DNA from: Bdellovibrionota bacterium
GTDB lineage: Bacteria > Bdellovibrionota_C > UBA2361 > OMIW01
Assembly: GCA_044235645.1 (NCBI GenBank)
Contig: JBIIHQ010000003.1
Location: 64,320-128,319, forward strand
Direction: 5' to 3'
Length of the DNA stretch: 64,000 bases
Every line of letters begins with the position of its first letter. Positions within the stretch are counted from its first letter, which is position 1. Shown one piece after another: positions 20,020-29,016 of the stretch. Position numbers and translations under genes: made by a program. The notes under the pieces were generated by a model, which was given only the letters and a program-made list of their open reading frames with translations, was not told the DNA's origin and made no database searches.

Positions 20020-20739
20020 TCAGTCTTGGTCGGAATCATCACTCCTGCTGACACTCGCTTTGTGTGCCGCAAGACGCTCCTGGATCCTGTTTTTTCTGCT
20101 CATACCCTCTAACTCGGCCAGTTTTGATGCGGTATGGACATCGCTACTCAGAACCCCCGATGGCAATCCGGTAGCGCGTTGGATCAGCCTTTCAAAAGCT
20201 GCTTCCGCGTGCTCTACCTTTCTGCGAACCATCTCAAGGTCCCTATTTTTCTCCGAGTCCCTCTCGCCACCGAGCCCTTTTACTCTTTGAGCTCGGTACT
20301 GGACTATCTCCTCGCGCATCTCGCTAATTCGCCCCTGTAAAGCACGTAGATAACCCTCGAGCTCCTTCTCTCGCTCCTCGATATCGACGAGTGATTGCTC
20401 TATGACCGGGATTTGCGCCTCGATATCTAGCTGCACCGCGATCGCCGCCTCGGCGAGGTCGTCGCGTTTTTGGTCTATTGCAATCAACAGTTTTTCCTGC
20501 AGCTCGTCATGTTTCCGATTCGCCTCGAAGAGTCGACGTGTTGCAAGATGTTTCTGGGCAAGCTGCCGTCCGAGCTCATTTCGCACTTCGTCCAGGGCAC
20601 TCTCAATCTCCCGAACCGTCTGCTCTAGAACGGTATCTTGATCAGCACCCTCAATCACCTCAATCAGCCGATTTACCCCTCCGGCCAATACTCGCCTCAC
20701 CCGCGTTTTGATACTCTCTGCCATATCGACCATCCCCAA
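20020..20739 (-). CDS. pspA: PspA/IM30-family (phage-shock protein A / Vipp1-like) coiled-coil protein.
   Basis: 239 aa, all-helical. N-terminal MAESIKTRVRRVL...VREIESALDEVRNELGRQLAQKHLATRRL matches the PspA/IM30 profile. Confidence 0.75.
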   Translation of the reverse strand: MGMVDMAESIKTRVRRVLAGGVNRLIEVIEGADQDTVLEQTVREIESALDEVRNELGRQLAQKHLATRRLFEANRKHDELQEKLLIAIDQKRDDLAEAAIAVQLDIEAQIPVIEQSLVDIEEREKELEGYLRALQGRISEMREEIVQYRAQRVKGLGGERDSEKNRDLEMVRRKVEHAEAAFERLIQRATGLPSGVLSSDVHTASKLAELEGMSRKNRIQERLAAHKASVSRSDDSDQD

Positions 20740-20774
20740 AAAATATTTAAACGGTACCTAGATCCTCGGTGGGG

Positions 20775-21389
20775 CTAGCTGTCAGCGTCGGTCACCAGCA
20801 CTGCGCTGAGGGGGTCGCAAACGGCGCTAGATCTGACGGCATCTATCTGATTGAGAGCCGGCGATTTCCGCGTCTTGGTGGAAACGACAAGCTCTACCAG
20901 CTCCTGAATTACCGAGAGATTCGACGATATAACGGCGGGATCATAACAAGGCTCCTCTCGCGTCACCGCCAATCGCAACGCGCCCTCCATTAAGCCAAAG
21001 ACCTCACCGACCAACTCCTTCTCAAATCGTCGAAGCGCCTCAGATTCGGTGACATCGGCAGGCAAGGTTGTTTTCGCTATAGGTTTTTTCAGAAACAAGG
21101 ACATAAACCCGGGGAGCCAACCACCAATCCTCGCGACAAACTCCGAATGTATCGCGGCGGCGCCCTGAACTGCCCGCACCTCCTGGTAGCGTCGTTCTAT
21201 AATCGACATGATGAAGGCAACTGATTCCTCCGGCTCGGTAGCTGATCGATGCCGCTCTCTTGCCTCACCAATGAGAGCGCGCACCTTTTCACTTGCTGTT
21301 ACCGCTCCCGGCACCGCGAGGCGGGCGAGAAACGCAGCATCTTCGTGACTTATGCGGACACTGAGGGGGACTGTTTTTACCATAATCAC
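20775..21389 (-). CDS. Hypothetical protein with an N-terminal ribbon-helix-helix-like segment. First gene of the PspA-NfeD-flotillin operon and a candidate regulator.
   Basis: N-terminal LSVRISHEDAAFLARLA...SEKVRALIGEA fits a beta-strand / helix / helix RHH pattern. No other recognisable domain. Confidence 0.4.
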   Translation of the reverse strand: MIMVKTVPLSVRISHEDAAFLARLAVPGAVTASEKVRALIGEARERHRSATEPEESVAFIMSIIERRYQEVRAVQGAAAIHSEFVARIGGWLPGFMSLFLKKPIAKTTLPADVTESEALRRFEKELVGEVFGLMEGALRLAVTREEPCYDPAVISSNLSVIQELVELVVSTKTRKSPALNQIDAVRSSAVCDPLSAVLVTDADS

Positions 21390-21425
21390 CTCACTTCATG
21401 AGACGTTTACTTAAGTATACATAAA

Positions 21426-21461
21426 ACATGTATATGTATGCAAATGCATACATATACATGT
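21426..21461. promoter_or_regulatory. 36-bp AT-rich palindrome ACATGTATATGTATGCA-AA-TGCATACATATACATGT in the promoter region of the 4-gene minus-strand operon. Candidate operator.
   Basis: Read directly from the sequence. Perfect 17-bp arms with a 2-bp spacer, 37-72 bp upstream of the 21389 start codon. CGTTTAC direct repeats sit at 21404-21410 and 21464-21470. The element is AT-rich in a ~60% GC genome. Confidence 0.55.
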
Positions 21462-21477
21462 GCCGTTTACAGATACT

Positions 21478-21792
21478 CGGCAGCACTCCCTGCCGACCGC
21501 GCCCCCCGATGTTTCCGTTAGACTTCAACAGAGTGAAACCGGTCTCTCGTCACCGGGCATCTTCTACGAGCTCGGCAACCACAGCTGGTGTCCCTTTACT
21601 TCCGATCGCCCCTCGACCCCGTCCTTTAGAACCGACGGCTGCACCCTACCGATGCAAATGCTAACGAGCGCCAGATCGAGACGTGTCAGCCCAGGATGGC
21701 CCTCTCCCGAGCAGCTCTCGCGACGATCCTTGGCATTCAGGAGGAATACCGTAATGGGTCACCTGCTGTTTCTTGATGATGATTTTGTGGGG
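21478..21792 (+). pseudogene. Frameshifted remnant homologous to the C-terminal ~110 codons of addA (nuclease motif through the C-terminal tail).
   Basis: Frame of ORF 21460..21831 gives LPTAPPDVSVRLQQSETGLSSPGIFYELGNHSWCPFTSDRPSTPSFRTDGCT. This aligns with AddA YPVPPGGTRDLWRERPFALRLGGKVISGIFDRVVVIRSTTGTPLRAHLIDFKTDSCT. After a +1 shift, QIETCQPRMALSRAALATILGIQEE aligns with AIEYHTATYRPQMTMYRAALATMLGIQED, and then GHLLFLDDDFVG aligns with GELLFLEGGVAV. Nucleotide blocks are also shared (gggcatcttc..., ctcgcgac.atcct.ggcat.caggagga). Confidence 0.6.
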
Positions 21793-22136
21793 AACTATTT
21801 CAGAAGGGGTGACGATTGGCGAAAAATATAGCGGAGACCAATCAGGCGCATTCCCGTGCAGTGCCTCACATGGTCCGAATCCCGCCCGATTACCACCTTT
21901 CGCTTCACAATGATTAAGCAACCAGTGCAATGTCACTTCCGACACCCGGTCACCTATAGCTCCTGGGGAGAATTTCTCCAGCCATGCAATCCGTGGTGAT
22001 ACAACGGCGGTTCCAGACCCACATCAAGAGTCCACGACCGCGGCCGACCATGATATGACGCCCAAAATGTCGACCCTTCATGTCAGTTTCAACACGATGC
22101 GTCACAAACACAGGGGGAACATTAAAGGAGACTTAA

Positions 22137-23273
22137 TTACCGGGACAACGCCAAAAAAATTATCAATCCCGCCAAGAGAGCGAAAAGCAGAATTGAGAGC
22201 CAGTACGTTATCTCTTGATTGTTCGTTGCTTTTACGGCCGAGTCAGCCGTTTCAATCGGATGGGAAACCTCATGGTCATCATGTAATTTTTGCTCTATTT
22301 TACTATCGGTGTCGACGCGGTCGAGAAGGTGTCTGCTTCGTGGAGAAGATATGGGGCTCCCGACTAACATCTTTAAAGCATCACAAAACTCGCTCGCAGT
22401 GCGAAATCGAGCATCGACGTTAGTCGCAAGGGCTTTCATTATGATCTCGGAGAGTGCTCTCGACACGGCACTCCTTTTTTCTCGTGGATCAGGGGGGGGA
22501 CGAGACACTTTTGATTCTATCGTCTCGCAAAGATTCAGTCCCCAAAAAGGCGGCTCTCCGACGAGCATTTCATAACCGATAGCCCCCAGAGCATAAACAT
22601 CCCCCTGTCGGACAACTATCCCCTTCTCTAGGTATTCCGGGGACAGATACGAAAGAGTGCCAACAATCGACCCTTTCGTAGTTAGCCGTTGCCCATACCC
22701 ACAATATGCAACGCCAAAATCGGATATCTTGGGCTCCCCTTGTCGGGTCACCAGGATATTCTCTGGTTTCAGGTCTCGATGAATAACTCCTGCTCTGTGA
22801 ATCGCCTCAAGACCTCTCCCGATCCGCATGAGCACTTCTATGCATTTTTGTTCGTCGAAAGGCCCCTGAGAGGCGAGGATTCGGGAAAGATCGCCACCGT
22901 CGACATACTCCATTGAGTATCCGACATGATTGTCAAAACCGATAAACTGAATAGCCCCCACTACATTCGGGTGAGCTACTCTGAAGAGCGCATCGACTTC
23001 ACGATGAAACCTGACGAAGAGAGGATTGCTCTCTCCATCGGCGACAATCGAGGGAAAAAGCATCTTGACCGCGACCAAAGGGGGTGGAGAGAGATCATCT
23101 TCCAGAACTTCCGATACGTACACCACCCCCATCCTGCCAATCTCAAGGCAGCGCATAATCCGGTAGACTCTTCCTACAAGAGTACCCGGCTCTAGAATGT
23201 TGAGATCCTGATTGGTAGAACCATCCCAATTGTTGGGTGAGTCCGAGAGGATCTCGTACAAATCTTTTCCCAC
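22137..23273 (-). CDS. Hanks-type Ser/Thr protein kinase with C-terminal membrane anchor.
   Basis: VAVK ATP-binding lysine, HRDLKPENILV catalytic loop, DFG, SPE motifs. C-terminal TM ITYWLSILLFALLAGLIIFLAL. Confidence 0.8.
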   Translation of the reverse strand: MGKDLYEILSDSPNNWDGSTNQDLNILEPGTLVGRVYRIMRCLEIGRMGVVYVSEVLEDDLSPPPLVAVKMLFPSIVADGESNPLFVRFHREVDALFRVAHPNVVGAIQFIGFDNHVGYSMEYVDGGDLSRILASQGPFDEQKCIEVLMRIGRGLEAIHRAGVIHRDLKPENILVTRQGEPKISDFGVAYCGYGQRLTTKGSIVGTLSYLSPEYLEKGIVVRQGDVYALGAIGYEMLVGEPPFWGLNLCETIESKVSRPPPDPREKRSAVSRALSEIIMKALATNVDARFRTASEFCDALKMLVGSPISSPRSRHLLDRVDTDSKIEQKLHDDHEVSHPIETADSAVKATNNQEITYWLSILLFALLAGLIIFLALSR

Positions 23274-23489
23274 CGATTAGCCCACAAATCATTTGGTTAC
23301 CTCGGTTATCGACTCGATCAGAACCCATCAGGCATATTTTTTGCGCTTTTGCCAAAAAATACGCCTCGCATCATCACTTTGAGCGGCGGGTACAATAAAT
23401 GAGGTGAGATAACAAGAGCTTACTATCAGCCCCAATCGACATTGAATCGTCACGCCCCTGGAACATCGTCTCGCACTATCACCTCTCAC

Positions 23490-25226
23490 TCACCCCTCCG
23501 AGCGTCGTGGGGCCAGATGTAGCATCATTTGCGCAAAAGGTATCGTCCAGCTAAACGCATTACACGCCTCGATAAAGAATTGTCGAACACTTCTCCTTAA
23601 TTTTTCGTAGTGCTCGGCTAATTCTCCCAGACAATCGCAAAAAACTATCAGTTCGAGCGAAGATGATGCCGCCGAGTGAACCTCAACTGACACTTGAACG
23701 AGATCCTCACCGAATCCCAAGTCCCTCAATTTCTCCTGAATAAATTCCCGGAGCTTCGGGACCATCTCGACCAACAGTTGTTTTTGATGTCGGTAATCCA
23801 ATCCAAATATTTCGGCTAAACGAAATCCCCGGGAGAGAACTCGCGGATGAAGGGAGAGAAACGATGCCGTCGGGTAGTTTTTGTAGGCACCTCCCACAAG
23901 GTCCACCCTTACTAATTCCGGGGTCTGCAGAGCTATCTGTCCGAGTACGTCATCGGCCAAAATTACCCAGTCCCCTTCCTTCGTGGGAAAGAGCTTTTCC
24001 CTTGGATTCAGCGGCCGAGATCGGAGAGAAAGCAGGTGGTTGAGAGGAACCCTCACAAACCCGCCCGATAGCCGAGGATTTATCAGCTGGCTGTGGAGAT
24101 TGAGTCGCTGCACAATCCACGGAAGCTGGTCGATTACCACCACCTCTCCTTCCCGAACTGAACCGACGTTCATCAATAGGGATAACTGTGCCCAAAATCG
24201 TGCGAACGCCTCCTTCGACGTCCAGACAATTCCCACGAGGAGCGCAATTGTAAGGATGAGAAGTACCCAATCACCAAAAAAATAAAGTACGACCGCAAAC
24301 ATTAAGAGGGAGCCCATACCGACTCCTCCCATCGCCACGAGATTCAGAAATCGCATCGGCATCGAGGCTTGACGAAGAGCAAAGAACGAAAGCCTCATTG
24401 ACCTCTTCCACACCTCATGAGCCAGAACCCAAAAAAGAACTGCAGCTATCAGTGCAACAAGAAGATTCCTCCCACGACTCCTGAAAAAGAGACCAAATAA
24501 CTCTACCAGAGCCGCCGAGAGTGAGATTTTTTCGGCCTCCTTCTGTTGAAGTCGCTGGCGATTAATCTCGATATCGGTCGAAGTCGCTCTCTTTTGAGCT
24601 TCCCACGAGGCGGTCACTTCATCGATTTCATCGAGGACCTCTTTATCAGAGAGCTGTGCACGAGAGATACCAATGTTTTCAATCGCCTTGTCAATCCGAG
24701 AGAGTCGAAGCTGACCCCTTACGATATCTGAACGAATCCTTTCAATTTCCCGTGGTCGCCGAGTAAGCTCCTTCAGCTCCTTTATGAGCGGTCCGAGGAG
24801 AGCTCGCAATTCTTTATCTAGGTCAAGCTCTTGCTGCTCCGTAGACTCTTCAAGCCCCGAGCGATCCGTTTGAGATACTAATTCCGAAAAAGTCTCCTTC
24901 AGTGTATCTCGCTGCTCTCGAAGGTTCTTCAGTTCTGCTCTGGCCTCCTCCTCCTTGCCCAGAGCCTGGCCACCCCTTAGTTCTTTGGTCTTATCCTTGA
25001 TAGTGATATCGAGCAAAGAAACTGACTCGACCACAGATCGGAGCCTTTCTTGTAGTGGCGGACCTTCCTCCACCTCCTCTTCACCCTTATCAGAGGCCCG
25101 ATCAGGCGACTGCGCATCCGATAATGGAATGAAAAATCCGACAGAGACTATCACCGCTGCCGCGAGCCTGCTCTCCCAACGAAGAGTTGTCCTTAACGCT
25201 CGCAGAACCCCACCACTGTGGTTCAC
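23490..25226 (-). CDS. MscS-family mechanosensitive channel with a long N-terminal coiled-coil (periplasmic) domain. Start re-assigned to GTG at 25226.
   Basis: MscS beta-domain (GDWVILADDVLGQIALQTPELVRVDLVGGAYKNYPTASFL) preceded by TM helices. GTG at 25226 is preceded by a perfect TAAGGAGG SD and yields signal peptide ...RLAAAVIVSVGFFIPLSDA. This also removes the 80-nt overlap with dut. Confidence 0.7.
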   Translation of the reverse strand: MNHSGGVLRALRTTLRWESRLAAAVIVSVGFFIPLSDAQSPDRASDKGEEEVEEGPPLQERLRSVVESVSLLDITIKDKTKELRGGQALGKEEEARAELKNLREQRDTLKETFSELVSQTDRSGLEESTEQQELDLDKELRALLGPLIKELKELTRRPREIERIRSDIVRGQLRLSRIDKAIENIGISRAQLSDKEVLDEIDEVTASWEAQKRATSTDIEINRQRLQQKEAEKISLSAALVELFGLFFRSRGRNLLVALIAAVLFWVLAHEVWKRSMRLSFFALRQASMPMRFLNLVAMGGVGMGSLLMFAVVLYFFGDWVLLILTIALLVGIVWTSKEAFARFWAQLSLLMNVGSVREGEVVVIDQLPWIVQRLNLHSQLINPRLSGGFVRVPLNHLLSLRSRPLNPREKLFPTKEGDWVILADDVLGQIALQTPELVRVDLVGGAYKNYPTASFLSLHPRVLSRGFRLAEIFGLDYRHQKQLLVEMVPKLREFIQEKLRDLGFGEDLVQVSVEVHSAASSSLELIVFCDCLGELAEHYEKLRRSVRQFFIEACNAFSWTIPFAQMMLHLAPRRSEG

Positions 25227-25242
25227 CTCCCCCCTCCTTAGA

Positions 25243-25782
25243 TTACCTACCGGTTGAGCCAAAACCTCCACAACCACGAATACTTTGCCCAAGCTCCTCC
25301 AATGAGCTAACCTCCACCCCATCCCCTAAATGCGGAACAACCACCATCTGCGCAATCTTCGTGCCCGCTTCTACCAAAAACGGCTCCCCTGACCGATTAA
25401 CGATCACAATCTTCACTTCGCCCCGGTAGGATGCGTCAATTACCCCCGCATGAGTATGAATACCCCGGAGGGCCACACTACTTCTATCCTTGATAATACC
25501 CACCCATCCAACCGGGATCGCGCAGAAGAGCCCTGTCGGGACCAATGTTTGCTCACCTGGAGAAATTGAGAGCGAGATGGCAGCCCGTAGGTCAAACCCC
25601 GCATCTCCTTCCCGAGGGCTAGTAAAGGAAGCTCCCGCTCCGCGGGCTTCCTCAGATATCCAGTACCGAAAGGGAGGGCGCTCAAACTGAGGGATCAGGC
25701 GAGCTTCAACCCTTCGCCCTTGAGAATCCGACGACCTATTATTAGTCTTCGTGTCCTCGTCTTTCGCCGGTACTGAAGCCAT
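25243..25782 (-). CDS. dut: dUTP diphosphatase (dUTPase).
   Basis: dUTPase motifs AGFDLRAA, GWVGIIKDRSS, HAGVIDASYRGEVKIVIVN, and C-terminal RGCGGFGSTG. Start placed at the MASVP Met; the upstream portion of the ORF overlaps the pnp stop. Confidence 0.7.
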   Translation of the reverse strand: MASVPAKDEDTKTNNRSSDSQGRRVEARLIPQFERPPFRYWISEEARGAGASFTSPREGDAGFDLRAAISLSISPGEQTLVPTGLFCAIPVGWVGIIKDRSSVALRGIHTHAGVIDASYRGEVKIVIVNRSGEPFLVEAGTKIAQMVVVPHLGDGVEVSSLEELGQSIRGCGGFGSTGR

Positions 25783-25827
25783 TCCCGCCTCCCCCTCATT
25801 TTCTATGAGACTCCCCAGGAGCACCCC

Positions 25828-27927
25828 CTACAGCCCTTGGGCACGGCGCTCCACCAGCGCCTCTTTTAGCGAGAGGCGAATCTTCCCTTGTCTATCAACT
25901 TCCAGGACCTTCACCCAAATGAGGTCCCCCTCCTTGACGACGTCGGTCACTCGATTAACTCGCCCTTCCGCCAGCTGAGAAATATGGACGAGGCCATCGG
26001 TGCCTGGAAGAATCTCGACGAAAGCGCCGAATTCGGTTATCCGCTTTACAATTCCCTCGTAGAGCTTACCCACCTCAGCTTCTGCGGTGATGCTCTGGAT
26101 AATCGCAATCGCATCCTGAATCTTCTTTCCGTCGTTACCAGCAACATTGACCGTTCCGTCATCTGACACATCGAGCTTCACATCGCACGACTCGCTGATC
26201 GACCTAATCATCTTACCGCCTGGCCCGATGATGTCACGAATCTTGTCTGGATTGATCTTGATGGTGACGATTCGGGGAGCAAAGCTGCTCATTTCTTTCG
26301 CCGGCTCGCTGATCGCTTCCTGCATCTTTGAGAGGATGTGGAGTCGCCCCTCTCGCGCCTGCTCAAGCGCGGTTTTCATAATGTCCCGATCAAGGCCCTT
26401 AATCTTGATATCCATCTGCAATGCGGTGATACCCTTGATGGTACCGCATACTTTGAAGTCCATATCCCCGAGGTGATCCTCATCACCGAGGATATCGGTG
26501 AGAATCATCACCGAATCGCTCTCCTTGATGAGACCCATCGCAACCCCTGCAACGGGGGCTTTGATAGGAATCCCTGCCTGCATCAAAGACAGGCTCGAAC
26601 CGCACACCGTTGCCATTGAGCTTGAACCGTTACTCTCGGTGATCTCGGAAACAATTCGGAGGACATACGGAAAGTTCTTCGCTGATGGAAGAATCGCCTG
26701 AACAGCTCGCTCGGCAAGAGCACCGTGCCCTACTTCCCGGCGACCCGGACCGCGCAGAGGCTTCGTTTCCCCGACCGAGAAAGGGGGGAAGTTATAGTGC
26801 AGCATGAAGGTTTTTTCACTCGCACCGGTTAAACCATAAAGCCGCTGTGCGTCTCCCTCTGTTCCCACGGTAACTGAAACGATTGCTTGGGTCTCTCCTC
26901 GAGTAAAGAGGGACGAACCATGCGCACGGGGGAGCAGACCGAGATCAATAGAGATCGGTCTCACCGTTCTGGTATCCCGCCCATCGAGACGTCGACCCGA
27001 TTCTATCATTGAGGTCCGCACGACACGGTAAAGAGTCTCTTCAAAAAGATGCGAGAGTTCAGCCACTCGCTCGGTTGCCCCTTCTGCCTCTGCGTTACCG
27101 AACTCAGCGAAACTCAACTCCTTGACTCCCCGTATCGCATCACGACGAGCATGCTTCTCGACCGGTTTAATCGCTTCTCGGAGACGAGGAGTAAGAAATT
27201 GCTCTACCCTCGATTCATCGATCGCGACGTAAGATTTCGGGGTAAACTCAACCTTCGCTTTCCCGACTGCGCGCTGAAGCTCAAGCTGCAAATCTATGAG
27301 GGGCTGCATCTCTCTGTGCGCGAAGAACAACGCATCGAGCACCTCAGTCTCAGTCGCCTCTGCCGCACCACCTTCAACCATGACGATGGCATCGCGAGTT
27401 CCCGCCACGACAAAATTAATGTCAGCGCGAGCAATCTCAGAAATTGTTGGGTTGAGAGTTAACTTCCCATCGACCCGAGCAACCCGAACCGTTGCGAAGG
27501 GACCATCCGCGGGAATCTCTGAGATGGCGATCGCTGTGCTGGCACCGAGCGCCGCAAGGACATCGGTCTCATGCTCGCCATCAGCGCTCATGACGGTATT
27601 GATGACCTGAATCTCGTGAGTAAACCCTTCAGGAAAAAGCGGACGAGCGGGGCGATCTATGATGCGCGATACGAGAGTCTCTCGCTCGCTGAGTTTTCCT
27701 TCTCTCCGAAAATGGCCACCGGGGATGCGCCCAGCCGCATAGTCCTTCTCAACATACTCAACGGTTAACGGGAGAAAATCTCCCCGCTTGTCTGGACCGA
27801 GACAGACAGTCGAAAGGATTACGCAGTCACCACATCGCACTACTACTGAGCCAGAAGCCTGGCGGGCTACTCTCCCCGACTCTAACTGAATTTTCTTTCC
27901 GAAAAGCTCAAACTCTACTGTCGTCAT
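25828..27927 (-). CDS. pnp: Polynucleotide phosphorylase.
   Basis: 699 aa. Two RNase PH domains plus KH (DIIGPGGKMIRSI) and S1 (GKLYEGIVKRITEFGAFVEI) domains, with strong full-length similarity to PNPase. Confidence 0.9.
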   Translation of the reverse strand: MTTVEFELFGKKIQLESGRVARQASGSVVVRCGDCVILSTVCLGPDKRGDFLPLTVEYVEKDYAAGRIPGGHFRREGKLSERETLVSRIIDRPARPLFPEGFTHEIQVINTVMSADGEHETDVLAALGASTAIAISEIPADGPFATVRVARVDGKLTLNPTISEIARADINFVVAGTRDAIVMVEGGAAEATETEVLDALFFAHREMQPLIDLQLELQRAVGKAKVEFTPKSYVAIDESRVEQFLTPRLREAIKPVEKHARRDAIRGVKELSFAEFGNAEAEGATERVAELSHLFEETLYRVVRTSMIESGRRLDGRDTRTVRPISIDLGLLPRAHGSSLFTRGETQAIVSVTVGTEGDAQRLYGLTGASEKTFMLHYNFPPFSVGETKPLRGPGRREVGHGALAERAVQAILPSAKNFPYVLRIVSEITESNGSSSMATVCGSSLSLMQAGIPIKAPVAGVAMGLIKESDSVMILTDILGDEDHLGDMDFKVCGTIKGITALQMDIKIKGLDRDIMKTALEQAREGRLHILSKMQEAISEPAKEMSSFAPRIVTIKINPDKIRDIIGPGGKMIRSISESCDVKLDVSDDGTVNVAGNDGKKIQDAIAIIQSITAEAEVGKLYEGIVKRITEFGAFVEILPGTDGLVHISQLAEGRVNRVTDVVKEGDLIWVKVLEVDRQGKIRLSLKEALVERRAQGL

Positions 27928-28278
27928 ATCTTCTTCTTTCTATTATTTCTTACTAGTTTTCCGACCGACCGCTCTTGACGCAGCCACAGACCCTGTGGCG
28001 TCGGACCCCATCTCGAGCCCACCGGGTTTTCTCCGACCCTGAAGAACCTTCCGAAGAAGTCAACGATTCACTATTATGCCACGGGCCTACCGAAGCAAGA
28101 GGCCTTCGTCTTTTACGCGAGATACACAATCGACGCCCTCCCGTCAGCAATTCAAACGGAAGAGCCGCCAAAGCCCTGTATAGCCTCAGGATGTCGGACC
28201 CCCCTCCACCAGAAGGTAGCGTGAATGGCCCTTGCATCAAAGCAGAAGAGACTGAAGGACTACTGACGGCCGCTCGAT
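27928..28278 (-). promoter_or_regulatory. rpsO-pnp intercistronic leader region. Expected site of the rpsO terminator and pnp autoregulatory stem-loops.
   Basis: Position between rpsO and pnp. Several hairpin-capable segments, e.g. GACGCAGCCACAG-ACC-CTGTGGCGTC at 27971-27998. Function inferred from the conserved rpsO-pnp organisation and not resolved here. Confidence 0.3.
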
Positions 28279-28587
28279 TTACTTGCGTAATCCGAGAGAT
28301 GCAATGAGGGCGCGATACCGCTCCGGGCTCTCAGCCCGAAGATACTTGAGCAATGATTTTCGCCGAGTTATGAGCGCCATCATGCCCCGCTTCGAATGCT
28401 TATCTGCTCGATGGGATTCAAAGTGCCCAGAAAGGTTTTGGATTCGTTTCGTTAACAGAGCAACCTGCACCTCAGGAGACCCGACATCCCCCTCTTTTCG
28501 GGCGTAGGAGGCTATGATCTGCGCCTTGGTCAACCCGCTAATTGGACCTTCTTGGGCTGAGCCCGATTGAATGGAATCTGAATTCAT
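28279..28587 (-). CDS. rpsO: 30S ribosomal protein S15 (true start possibly an internal TTG, which would give ~89 aa).
   Basis: GSPEVQVALLTKRIQNLSGHFESHRADKHSKRGMMALITRRKSLLKYL...LIASLGLRK aligns with S15 over its whole length. Confidence 0.85.
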   Translation of the reverse strand: MNSDSIQSGSAQEGPISGLTKAQIIASYARKEGDVGSPEVQVALLTKRIQNLSGHFESHRADKHSKRGMMALITRRKSLLKYLRAESPERYRALIASLGLRK

Positions 28588-29016
28588 ACTGTGCTTCCGT
28601 ACCGTCTCTACTTCTTTTTATTGCCTATCCACCCGGACCAACGCCGGAAACTGCTTTTCTTCCAACCACCTATCCCGGGTCACTCAACGCAATCGTCCGC
28701 AGGGATGAATCTCTTTTCACGCTGTCCTCATCGACGAGAGCGCTGTCTGCGCACCCCGTGCGCAACCCGGCGGGCAGAGCATAGCCCACCGCTACGAGAA
28801 TCGCAAACATTCGCAAAGTTCAAAGGTGATTTTAATGCGACCGACAGACCCTTAAATCGATTGGAGCCCCTCTTTTTCGAGGAAGTCGTTGGCCACTTTC
28901 GACCCTCAATCCCTGGTTAAGGGTGACGAGGGGGCAACTCCCCCCTCAGACATCCCTGTGCTCAAGGCAAACTCCAAGATGCCGTGAGCCTACAATAGCC
29001 TCCACGGATGAACGCT

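Noticed and set aside
21460-21831. ORF-track entry (123 aa) as a real protein-coding gene
   Set aside because: Its translation is the frameshift-disrupted addA C-terminal remnant plus unrelated read-through, so it was called a pseudogene fragment instead.
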